Position numbers and translations under genes: made by a program
Shown here: positions 10,040-18,665 of the stretch, one piece after another
Layout: each line of letters begins with the position of its first letter
Numbering within the stretch: position 1 is the first letter of the stretch
Source: an uncultured Verrucomicrobiota bacterium
GTDB taxonomy: Bacteria; Verrucomicrobiota; Verrucomicrobiia; Limisphaerales; UBA9464
Assembly: GCA_903922605.1 (NCBI GenBank)
Contig: CAIXUG010000081.1
Location: 17,357-81,356 of the forward strand
Length of the DNA: 64,000 nucleotides
Direction: 5' to 3'
The notes under the pieces: generated by a model
What the model was told of the DNA's origin: nothing
Databases searched by the model: none
Seen by the model: only the letters and a program-made list of their open reading frames with translations

Positions 10040-10870
10040 TCACTTCGCGCTGCCCGCGCGGCGGCGGAGCAGGGCGAAGGTTGCCAGGCCGCCCGCGAAG
10101 ATGGCGGCGTAGGCGGAAGGTTCGGGAACGGGGCTGACCTGGGAGAAGCTCGTGCCGATGGCCAGGTTGTCGACCGCGATGATGCCGGGGGCGCCCGTGC
10201 CCCCAGAGACGCCCTGACGGAGGTCGAAGGCCGTGAGGTCCGCCTGGGTGCCGACGGCATCGGTGGCCGTGACACTGGTGCTCGCGCTGGAAGCGGGGTT
10301 CACCCAGAGGGTGGTCTGCTTGGCGATGAGGTCGTAGCGAACGACGACGTGGTAGGTGGTGTTCAGTGAGAGATCCTGCTGGAATTCCATGCTATTGGCG
10401 ATGCTCCAGTTGGCGTTGGCGACGGTGATGCGGAACTTGCCGGCAGCGGCCCCATCAATATCGGCCCCGATGCGGCCAAAAAGGCTGGTCGTGCTGCTCG
10501 TCGAATTGCTGAAGACGGCGAAGTAGGAGCCGTCGGTGTTGGTAGGCAGCGCCGACCAGGTGGCATCGAAGCCCACATAGGCCACCGTGTTGCCGGTCGT
10601 GCTGAAAGTGCCGCCGATGGCCTGGCTGACGTCCTGCCTGCCGCTGGTGGTATCCCCCTGATTGATGATGGCTGCACCGTTGGACACTTGGAACTTGGTG
10701 GTAGTGTCGGGGCCGTAGGCGACCCAATTGCCACCGGAGACAGTGGTAATGTCCCCGTCCGAATAGCTGAAGCTATCGGTGAGCAATTGTGCCTGCGTGG
10801 CCGTGGCACCGGCCAAGGCCAGCGAGGCGAGCAGTGAATGCTTGAATATGGTGTTCATTTTTAAATGCAA
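10040..10870 (-). CDS. PEP-CTERM sorting-domain secreted protein
   Basis: Signal peptide MNTIFKHSLLASLALAGATATQA (an alternative start lies 4 codons earlier). C-terminal PEP-CTERM anchor VSPVPEPSAYAAIFAGGLATFALLRRR. Confidence 0.9.
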   Translation of the reverse strand: MHLKMNTIFKHSLLASLALAGATATQAQLLTDSFSYSDGDITTVSGGNWVAYGPDTTTKFQVSNGAAIINQGDTTSGRQDVSQAIGGTFSTTGNTVAYVGFDATWSALPTNTDGSYFAVFSNSTSSTTSLFGRIGADIDGAAAGKFRITVANANWSIANSMEFQQDLSLNTTYHVVVRYDLIAKQTTLWVNPASSASTSVTATDAVGTQADLTAFDLRQGVSGGTGAPGIIAVDNLAIGTSFSQVSPVPEPSAYAAIFAGGLATFALLRRRAGSAK

Positions 10871-10905
10871 TGGAGCGCCATTAACCTAAGCAATACCCAT
10901 GCCCT

Positions 10906-13161
10906 TTGGAAGCAGTAGTTCGGTTTGATTATTTCCGTGTAACTTGCTTGCTTTTAGTTGGTTGCGTACACCTGCTCCAATGTCCTTTGCATTTTTCCGA
11001 AGCGGGATACGCTTCGGTCGTGCGTATCCAAAACATCGTCCCGGGAAGTTTTTACGTCACCGATGGCGAGCACAGCCTTCTGGCTGGCTGTCCACCCGAG
11101 ATCGTCAAGGTTCTCCTCCGCGAGAAGCTGAGCCCGCCGCAGCATATCCTGCTGCCCGATGTGCCGGTCAGCCACGGCGAGTCACAGGTGGCGGTGGAAT
11201 TTCCCCTCTACTACCACCTGTTCCATGGCGGGACACAACCGGGAGAGCTGCCGCTGAACCTGTTGGGCAACGCCCGTCGCGTCAAAGCGGCGGCGGATTT
11301 GCTGGAATTGACGCTTTTTGGACCGGACGAGGAGCAGATGGCGCAATGGGGGCTGCCGGAGGATCGGGCCCGGACCCTGGCGCGCGAAACCCGGTGGTTC
11401 CAGCTCAAGGACGCGCACGGCAAGGCGTTGCCATTTGATGCCCTGATCAGCCGTACGGTGGTGGGCGACGAAACGGTGGATTTGGGCTGGATACGTATCA
11501 AACGATTGCGGACCAATGTATTCCTGCTGGAGCTGGCTGGCTGTGACCCGCAGGAGCTGGATCTGACGCCGGAGTGCGACCAGGCTCCGCCCTATCCGGT
11601 GCCGTTTGATCTGGTGCCTTCCGCGATGGTGAAAATGGGTGTGGAAGTGCTGGGCGGGGCCACTGGCTTCAGCACCACGCAGGCTTCCTGCGGGTTGGCC
11701 CTCTGCTTCAACGGCCAATACCTCCTCGTGGATGCGATCCCGTATCTCTACCACCATATGCGGGCGCGGGGCATTTCGCGGAACCAAGTCCAGGGGCTGT
11801 TCCTGACCCACATCCACGACGACCACTGCAACCTCGTTTCATTCCTGCTCTACAATCGCCGCGTCCGGGTACTCACCACGCCGCTGATCTATCACATGAT
11901 GCTGCGGAAGCTGTCGCTCACGCTGGACCGCTCCGAGGAGAGCCTGCAGGAGTATTTCATCTTCATTCCGCTGAATCCCGACGAGGAGACGAACTTCTTC
12001 GGCCTACGCATCACCCCGCACTATTCCAGCCACTCGATTCCTACCATCGGGGCACGCTTTGAAACGGCCCATGACGGGGTGGATTACCGGGTCCTGCTCA
12101 CAGGAGATACCCAGTCGATGAGCGATCTGCGCCGGATGCAGAAGTCCGGCGTGATCAACCAGGAGCGGTTCCAGGAGGTGTCGGACGCCTATCGCCGGCC
12201 GGCCCAGCTGCTGATTGCCGACGGCGGGGAAGGCAAAATCCACGGCGACCCGGCTGATGCGCTGGATTCGCCGGCCGAGCGCATCGTGTTCATGCACACG
12301 GACAAGCTGCCGGACGCGTTCGACTCCCATTTCACCAGTGCCTCCGCCGGGAAGCGCTTCGTGCTGCTGCCGGGTGAAACGGACTATTACCTGACCCGCA
12401 CGATCGAGTTCCTGCTGGAATACTTTCCGGAAATGCCGCCGATGTGGATTTCCAACCTCCTGGCGAACCAGCGGGTGATCAAATACAACGCGGGCGATAT
12501 CATCATCCGCGAGGGGGCGAAGAGTGATGGCCGGGTGTACATGCTGCTGACCGGGCACGCGTCCATCGTGCATCACGACGGACGGCAGAAGTTCCACCTG
12601 GCCCAGATGGAGGCCGGCGAGATCATCGGTGAGATGTCGATCATCATGGGGCAGGGCGTCCGCAACGCCTCGGTGGTCGCGCTCAGCCCCGTCATTGCGA
12701 CCGCCTTTTCCGAGGCGGCCTTCCGCGAATACGTCCATCACCAGAACATCGAGGGCAAGCTGAAGCGCCTCTGGCAGCACCGGGAGCTCCTCCAGTCGCT
12801 GCCGTATTTGCGGCCCCTCCAGCAGCCGATCATCCGGGAGCTGGCCCGGCTCGTCAGCCTGGAGCACCTGCCCGCCCGTACGGGCCCGCGACCGCTGAAG
12901 TCGGTGTGCGATCCCTTCAGCCTGGTATTGCCGTTGGCCGTGGAACTGACCCTCAACCGGGATGGCAAGATGGTCACGGTGCCCGCGCAATCCGCTCCGA
13001 TCCTCTGCACCCCGAGCACCACCCTGGTCTCGGAAGTGGAGTTCCAGTATCTGCTGCTGGGGGTGGAGCAGGCGTCCGACCTCCGTTCGCGCACTCCCGC
13101 GTTCCGTTTTCTCTGGGAGGAAATGCTCGGAATGCCGCTGCCAAACCGGGTCCGGTTCTGA
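10906..13161 (+). CDS. MBL-fold metallo-hydrolase fused to a cyclic-nucleotide-binding domain
   Basis: HxHxDH motif (LFLTHIHDDHCNL). The cNMP-binding beta-roll reads VIKYNAGDIIIREGAKSDGRVYMLLTGHASIV...AGEIIGEMSIIMGQGVRNASVVA. The start is uncertain: the ORF opens with TTG at 10906 and a GTG at 11021 is an alternative. Confidence 0.8.
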   Translation: MEAVVRFDYFRVTCLLLVGCVHLLQCPLHFSEAGYASVVRIQNIVPGSFYVTDGEHSLLAGCPPEIVKVLLREKLSPPQHILLPDVPVSHGESQVAVEFPLYYHLFHGGTQPGELPLNLLGNARRVKAAADLLELTLFGPDEEQMAQWGLPEDRARTLARETRWFQLKDAHGKALPFDALISRTVVGDETVDLGWIRIKRLRTNVFLLELAGCDPQELDLTPECDQAPPYPVPFDLVPSAMVKMGVEVLGGATGFSTTQASCGLALCFNGQYLLVDAIPYLYHHMRARGISRNQVQGLFLTHIHDDHCNLVSFLLYNRRVRVLTTPLIYHMMLRKLSLTLDRSEESLQEYFIFIPLNPDEETNFFGLRITPHYSSHSIPTIGARFETAHDGVDYRVLLTGDTQSMSDLRRMQKSGVINQERFQEVSDAYRRPAQLLIADGGEGKIHGDPADALDSPAERIVFMHTDKLPDAFDSHFTSASAGKRFVLLPGETDYYLTRTIEFLLEYFPEMPPMWISNLLANQRVIKYNAGDIIIREGAKSDGRVYMLLTGHASIVHHDGRQKFHLAQMEAGEIIGEMSIIMGQGVRNASVVALSPVIATAFSEAAFREYVHHQNIEGKLKRLWQHRELLQSLPYLRPLQQPIIRELARLVSLEHLPARTGPRPLKSVCDPFSLVLPLAVELTLNRDGKMVTVPAQSAPILCTPSTTLVSEVEFQYLLLGVEQASDLRSRTPAFRFLWEEMLGMPLPNRVRF

Positions 13162-13282
13162 GGAGAGGCCATGACCAACGCCGCGAGAACGGTCGGCCAC
13201 CGTATGTTTCACTCATCTACCTGAACTCCCGGCTTGAACCTGTGCACGCCTTGCGGCGAAGTTTGGCCATTCTGATTAGCGA

Positions 13283-13750
13283 ATGAATCTCGGCGACATC
13301 CTCACCACCCAGCAAATCGTGCCGGAGCTCAAGGCCACCAACCGGTGGGAGGCCATCGATGAACTCATCGGCACGCTCGTGCTGGCGGGCAAGATCACGC
13401 CGCCGGACCGCGAGGCCGTCACCGCCGTGGTGAAGAAGCGCGAGCAGTCCATGAGCACGGGCATCGGGTTCGGCATCGGCATCCCCCACGCGAGCACCGA
13501 GCTGATCGGCGAGGTTGTGGCGGCCTTTGGCCGGAGCAAGGCGGGCGTCAACTTTGACGCGCTCGACAACCAGCCCGTTCATCTAGTCACCCTTTTCCTG
13601 GTTCCGCAGGGGCAGTTCCAGAAGCACCTGCATACGCTAGCCGGCATCGCCAAGGTGCTCCGCAAGGATGATTTCCTGAAGGCCCTGGAGGCTGCTTCTG
13701 ATGCGGAGGCGATGATGGCCGTCATCCGTCAGTTTTCCACCAAGCCTTGA
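13283..13750 (+). CDS. ptsN: PTS EIIA-Ntr type nitrogen regulatory protein
   Basis: A 155-aa protein with EIIA(Fru/Ntr) fold signatures: ...REQSMSTGIGFGIGIPHAS... (phospho-His region) and VHLVTLFLVP. Confidence 0.85.
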   Translation: MNLGDILTTQQIVPELKATNRWEAIDELIGTLVLAGKITPPDREAVTAVVKKREQSMSTGIGFGIGIPHASTELIGEVVAAFGRSKAGVNFDALDNQPVHLVTLFLVPQGQFQKHLHTLAGIAKVLRKDDFLKALEAASDAEAMMAVIRQFSTKP

Positions 13751-13783
13751 ATTCGCCGCGCCGCCGCGCCGGCCGTTCCCGAA

Positions 13784-13816
13784 GGTCGCGGCCACCACCG
13801 CGACCGTTTTCTTTTT
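13784..13816 (+). terminator. Rho-independent terminator after ptsN
   Basis: Stem ggtcgcgg (13784-13791), loop ccacca, stem ccgcgacc (13798-13805), then gttttcttttt. Confidence 0.7.
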
Positions 13817-13819
13817 ACC

Positions 13820-15598
13820 GTGCTCCACCTCACTCTTGAATCCCGACTCCGCGCCGCCGTCACGCTCGTCCTGCCGGACGCCAGCACCGCGAACGTATTG
13901 GTGCGCCCGGCGGCGGACGCCAAGTTTGGCGACTACCAGAGCAACGCCCTGATGACGCTGGCGAAGGAGTGCAAGCTCAACCCGCGTCAGCTGGCCACCG
14001 ACGTGGTCGCCAAGCTCGACGTGTCGGACATCTGCGAGAAGGTGGAGATTGCCGGGCCCGGCTTCCTCAATTTCCGCCTCAAGCCAGACGCGCTGGCGGG
14101 CGTGCTTGCGGCGGCGGCGCGCGGCGAGCACCTGTTTTTCGCCCAGGCCACCACGGAAACGTTGCGCACGGTCGTCATCGACTTCTCGTCGCCGAATGTC
14201 GCGAAGCCGATGCACGTCGGGCATATCCGCTCGACCATCCTGGGCGATTCGTTGGCGCGCACGCTGCGGCTGCTGGGCCATCGCGTGATCACCGACAACC
14301 ACATTGGCGACTGGGGCACGCAGTTCGGCATGCTGCTGATTGGTTGGAAAACCCTGATGGAACGGACCGCCCTGGACCGTGATCCGATCGCGGAGCTGGA
14401 GCGCATCTACAAGGCCGTCAACGCCGCCTGCAAGGAGGCCCCGGCAACCCTCGAATCGGCCCGCGCTGAGCTGGTGAAGCTGCAGTCCGGCGATGCCGAG
14501 AATCTGGCCATCTGGCATGAGATGATCCGGCTGTCGCAGGTGCAGTTCGACGCGATCTATGGGCGGCTGGGCGTGAAGTTTGACCACACGCTCGGGGAGA
14601 GCTTTTATAATCCTTGGCTCAAGACGCTGGTCGAAGAACTGGTGGCCAAGGGGCTCGCCCGCGAAAGCGAGGGGGCCGTCGCGGTCTTTTCCGACGGCAC
14701 GCTGCCGCCGAAGACCGATCCGCTGCGGGTGCAAAACCGCGAGGGTGAATGGGTGGACGATCCGTTGCTCATCCAGAAAAGCGATGGGGCGTCGAACTAC
14801 GCCACGACGGACCTCGCCACTCTCGATTACCGCCTCAAGGAATGGCAGGCGACCGAGATCGTGTATGTCGTCGGTGCCCCGCAGCAGCCGCATTTCAACA
14901 AGCTGTTTCACGTCTTCCGCCGCTGGCAGCCCGAGGCCGCCGCGAAGGTGAAGCTGCTGCATGCGTGGTTCGGCTCGATCCTCGGTGACGACGGGAAGCC
15001 CTTCAAAACCCGCAGCGGCGACACGGTGAAGCTGGCCGACCTGCTCGACGAGGCGGAGGAACGCGCGCTCAAGGTGGTCGCGGAAAAACGGCCCGATCTG
15101 GACGCCGCCGTCCAGAAAGAGATCGCCCGCAAGGTCGGTCTGGGCGCGGTGAAGTATCAGGACCTGCTGTCGAACCGGCAGAGCGACTACGTGTTCTCCT
15201 GGGACAAGATGCTGGCGCTCACTGGCAACACGGCGGTGTACGTCCAATACCAGTTCACACGCGCGAACAAGGTGGTCCGCGACTCGGGGATGGAGCGACA
15301 AGCGTCGCTTGCCGATGGCCAGTTGGTCCTGGGCGATCCCGCCGAGTTCACCCTCGCCAAGCATCTGCTGAACTTTGGCCTGACCCTGGACGCCGCCGCC
15401 GATGATTGCCGGCCCAACTTCCTGGTGAACTACCTCTATGAGCTGGCGACGCTCTATTCGCGGTTCTATGACCAGTGCCCGGTGCTCAAGGCGGCCGAGC
15501 CTGCGCGCACCATGCGCGTCGTGCTCTGCGACCTCACCGCGCGCGTGCTCCGGCAGGGCTTGGACTGCCTGGGCATTGAGGCTCCAGAAGTGATGTAG
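13820..15598 (+). CDS. argS: Arginine--tRNA ligase
   Basis: GTG start. N-terminal Arg-tRNA-synthetase add-on domain (FGDYQSNALMTLAKE). Class-I HIGH motif (NVAKPMHVGHIRSTILGD). DALR anticodon-binding C-terminus ending in M. Confidence 0.96.
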   Translation: MLHLTLESRLRAAVTLVLPDASTANVLVRPAADAKFGDYQSNALMTLAKECKLNPRQLATDVVAKLDVSDICEKVEIAGPGFLNFRLKPDALAGVLAAAARGEHLFFAQATTETLRTVVIDFSSPNVAKPMHVGHIRSTILGDSLARTLRLLGHRVITDNHIGDWGTQFGMLLIGWKTLMERTALDRDPIAELERIYKAVNAACKEAPATLESARAELVKLQSGDAENLAIWHEMIRLSQVQFDAIYGRLGVKFDHTLGESFYNPWLKTLVEELVAKGLARESEGAVAVFSDGTLPPKTDPLRVQNREGEWVDDPLLIQKSDGASNYATTDLATLDYRLKEWQATEIVYVVGAPQQPHFNKLFHVFRRWQPEAAAKVKLLHAWFGSILGDDGKPFKTRSGDTVKLADLLDEAEERALKVVAEKRPDLDAAVQKEIARKVGLGAVKYQDLLSNRQSDYVFSWDKMLALTGNTAVYVQYQFTRANKVVRDSGMERQASLADGQLVLGDPAEFTLAKHLLNFGLTLDAAADDCRPNFLVNYLYELATLYSRFYDQCPVLKAAEPARTMRVVLCDLTARVLRQGLDCLGIEAPEVM

Positions 15599-15761
15599 GC
15601 GGTCCGCCCGAGGGCTAGAGCTGCCGGGACACATCGGGGGTGGTCCGTGTCACCAACGTCTATCACAACCTGCTCCGGCAGTGGGCGGAGCTGTGATTAA
15701 CCAGAATAGTCTGTCAAAAAAACGGTTGAGTCTGGACGCCGGACCAGAAGCTCCTCTATAC

Positions 15762-17633
15762 ATGAAAGAGCGGCGCTCTATCGCGGCTATATACATGAGG
15801 TTGCTTATCCGTCTTTTCATCCTGGGGATGCTGCTCAGCATAGGCTGGATCTCCGTTTCCGCCCAGGTGCAGCCGCGCTGGCATCTGCGTGTGACAGAGC
15901 CGGATCCAAGTGACATTTTCGGACTGAACACATCCGGCCATTCCCTCGAGGCCATGGCGCTGGATGGGGACGGGAATGTCTATCTGGCCGGTCAAGCCGG
16001 AAACAGGTCGCCCCAGGCGTATGTGGCGAAATGCAGCGGTATAGGCCAGTTGCTCTGGGAAAAGCATTGGGACGGAATGCTGGTCGATTCGCTGGTGGTG
16101 ACCGCCACGGGAAACTCCTTCGTAAGCTTTCATACCATTGTGGATGACGTTCACACAGCCTCCCTGGTGAAACTGGATCCGGCCGGAAACGAAGTGTGGC
16201 GGGCCGACCCCGAATCAGATGCGCTGGGAGAGGGCCACGTCACTTCTCTTGTGCAAAATTCTCGGGGAGAGCTTTTCTGGCTCGCGATTCTCGCAGTCTC
16301 CGAGCCTGCCGGCGATGGCGGCGAACCCGTCTACCGCTTCCCTTGGATCGTTTCCAAATTCAGTGAAGATGGTCATCGGCTTTGGCGAACTGAGCTTCCC
16401 AGCGGGCATTTGGAGGACGACGGTGGTGGGCTCCGGGATTCGATGGCGGCCGGGCCCGACGGTGGGGTTGTGGTCGCCAGCTTCCGTTGCACGCGGCTGA
16501 ATGCGGACGGAACGCTCCGTTGGACCGTTTTACCTCCGGAGAAGGCCGTTGGTACTGCGTCAATTTTTTCGACCGCAGCCTTGGGCGTGTCCGATGCGGT
16601 CTTGGCCGGCGGCGAGTTCATTTCCCCAGACGGAACGGCGGCCCTTGCGGGCTGGCGGGGAGTGCGCAACCGCGTCGTTGGCTATATTCCGGGACAAGGC
16701 TTTCTGACCAGCGTGGGATCGGGCGTCTGGTGCTTTGATGATCAGGGCGCAGAGCGCTGGCACATCTGGCTGGGCAACAGCGACGCACTTTGGCCGGATA
16801 CGGATCAGAGCCCTGCTTTTGCGATCTCACCGTCAGGCGACGGATGGTTTGCGTTCGCCATGATTTACGACTTTTCCCCCAGTCTCATCATCTGGCGCTT
16901 TGAAAATGACGGCCGGCTTCGCTGGCGCAAGAAAGTGTCGGATCTTGACTCCAACCGTTTGCGTTTGTCGGTGGCGCCGGACGGAACCTTGGTCGCCGCC
17001 GGGGGCATGTATGATTCTTTCCAATACAGTACCCTACCCACTGAAGTGTTCAGCTTCGCGGTCGAGGAGGATCCGGCGGCACCCAGGGTCACAAGTTCCC
17101 CCGCAGCGGCTGATTGGGACGGCGTCACACCCCTGAACCTGTCCGTCGAGGCTGTCGGCGAGGCGTTGACCTATCAATGGCGGCGCGTGTGGCAGACCTG
17201 TGCCGGTGAGACCAACTCGACCATCCTCCTCAAGCCACTGCTGGGCGAATTCACCGAACCGGGAAGCTATTGGTGCGAGGTCAGCAACACCCACGGAATG
17301 GCGGCGAGCCGCATGGCCAGTGTGACCTTTGCCCGGCCTCGGATGGCCTTGGGCCTGACCAACGACTATTTTACCGACCTGCCACAGTTGAATCCCTCAC
17401 CGATTCTGGGTTTTGAATCGGCGAAAGAAATCGACCGGCCCTTTGAAGTGAGCACCAACCTGGTGGATTGGACGATCGGGCCCACCGTAACCAACTGGCT
17501 CAAGCGTTACGATGGGCACTTCTTATCCGGAGTCGAAATACCGGTATCCGGTTCGGGACCTGAATTCTACCGCCTCAGGCCGACTGGAACACCAGCCGGA
17601 TCGAGGCCGGGCATTTCGGTCCCCACCCAATAA
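15762..17633 (+). CDS. Secreted repeat protein with a C-terminal Ig-like domain
   Basis: Trimmed to MKERRSIAAIYMRLLIRLFILGMLLSIGWISVSAQ (signal peptide). Repetitive G/W-rich beta-propeller-like segments. Ig-like segment (LTYQWRRV...GSYWCEVSNTHGMAAS). Confidence 0.65.
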   Translation: MKERRSIAAIYMRLLIRLFILGMLLSIGWISVSAQVQPRWHLRVTEPDPSDIFGLNTSGHSLEAMALDGDGNVYLAGQAGNRSPQAYVAKCSGIGQLLWEKHWDGMLVDSLVVTATGNSFVSFHTIVDDVHTASLVKLDPAGNEVWRADPESDALGEGHVTSLVQNSRGELFWLAILAVSEPAGDGGEPVYRFPWIVSKFSEDGHRLWRTELPSGHLEDDGGGLRDSMAAGPDGGVVVASFRCTRLNADGTLRWTVLPPEKAVGTASIFSTAALGVSDAVLAGGEFISPDGTAALAGWRGVRNRVVGYIPGQGFLTSVGSGVWCFDDQGAERWHIWLGNSDALWPDTDQSPAFAISPSGDGWFAFAMIYDFSPSLIIWRFENDGRLRWRKKVSDLDSNRLRLSVAPDGTLVAAGGMYDSFQYSTLPTEVFSFAVEEDPAAPRVTSSPAAADWDGVTPLNLSVEAVGEALTYQWRRVWQTCAGETNSTILLKPLLGEFTEPGSYWCEVSNTHGMAASRMASVTFARPRMALGLTNDYFTDLPQLNPSPILGFESAKEIDRPFEVSTNLVDWTIGPTVTNWLKRYDGHFLSGVEIPVSGSGPEFYRLRPTGTPAGSRPGISVPTQ

Positions 17634-17735
17634 AGAAGCATCGAGCCCTCGAAACCCGGAGGAATGGGTTCCGCCCGAAGACGTGGCGCTCCGTTTTTCA
17701 TTGGCCGCCGCCCGCTCCTTTCCCAGCCTGTGCGC

Positions 17736-18665
17736 ATGTCTTCGACCGATGCCTCGCCGTGCCTGCTGCTCGTGGATGGCCATGCCTATGCCTACCGGGC
17801 GTTTCATGCCATCCGCTCGCTGAACGCGCCGGATGGCCGCCCCACGAACGCCATCTACGGCTTCGTGAAAATGCTGCAGAAGCTGGAGGCGACCGTGCGG
17901 CCGACGCACCGGCTCGTGGTGTGGGATGCCGGCCTCGCCGCCGAACGCATGGCCGCGTTGCCCGATTACAAGGCCAACCGTCCGCCAACGCCCGAAGCGC
18001 TCGATGAGCAACTGCCGCAGCTCCAGACGTGGCTGGCTGCCGCCGGTTGGGCCTCTCTGCAGGAAGAGGGGACGGAAGCCGACGACTGGCTGGCCACCTA
18101 TGCGCGCCGGGCGGAAGCGGCCGGCTGGCGCACGGTCCTTGCGAGTTCCGACAAGGACTTCATGCAGCTCGTGAACGACCGCATCGGCCTCTACAACCCG
18201 AACGACAAGTCCGAAAAAATCTGGGTCGCCGCCGACGTGGAGGCCAAGACCGGCGTGCAGCCGGCGCAGATCGTGGACTGGCTCAGCCTCGTCGGTGACA
18301 GTGTGGATAACATCCCCGGCGTGAAGGGCGTCGGCCCCAAGACGGCGACCGAACTGCTGAAGCGATTCGGCTCGGTGGAACAACTGGTCGCCCGGGCCGC
18401 CGAGCTGAAATCCGAGGCGCAGCGCGCCTCGGTGCAGGCGAGCGGCGAGATTCTCCGACGCAACCAGCTCATGATCCGCCTGCGGGACGACCTGGGCGGT
18501 GGCCATGCTCTCGAAGCGCTCGCGCCGCGTCCGCTGGAGAAACCGGCGCTTCGCGAGATGTATCGCCGCTGGAATTTCCGCAGCCTGCTTGCCGAGCTGG
18601 GCGAGGAGGCGCCGCCGGCTCCGGTGGTCCCGGTGGCACCGACACAGGGCGATCTTTTTGGTTAA
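17736..18665 (+). CDS. Stand-alone 5'-3' exonuclease / flap endonuclease (Pol I N-terminal domain family)
   Basis: LLLVDGHAYAYRAFHAI, SSDKDFMQLV, and H3TH DNIPGVKGVGPKTATELLKRFGSVEQL. Trimmed to the ATG at 17736. Confidence 0.88.
   Translation: MSSTDASPCLLLVDGHAYAYRAFHAIRSLNAPDGRPTNAIYGFVKMLQKLEATVRPTHRLVVWDAGLAAERMAALPDYKANRPPTPEALDEQLPQLQTWLAAAGWASLQEEGTEADDWLATYARRAEAAGWRTVLASSDKDFMQLVNDRIGLYNPNDKSEKIWVAADVEAKTGVQPAQIVDWLSLVGDSVDNIPGVKGVGPKTATELLKRFGSVEQLVARAAELKSEAQRASVQASGEILRRNQLMIRLRDDLGGGHALEALAPRPLEKPALREMYRRWNFRSLLAELGEEAPPAPVVPVAPTQGDLFG

Noticed and set aside
13637-15634. 665-aa ORF antisense to argS
   Set aside because: Same reasoning. The plus strand carries the HIGH motif and conserved ArgS domains, and the antisense product has no recognisable features.
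18662-18665. Convergent genes (exonuclease and ECF fusion) whose stop codons overlap in a TTAA palindrome
   Set aside because: It is real but most likely a trivial consequence of compact gene packing. There is no structure or motif of interest at the junction.
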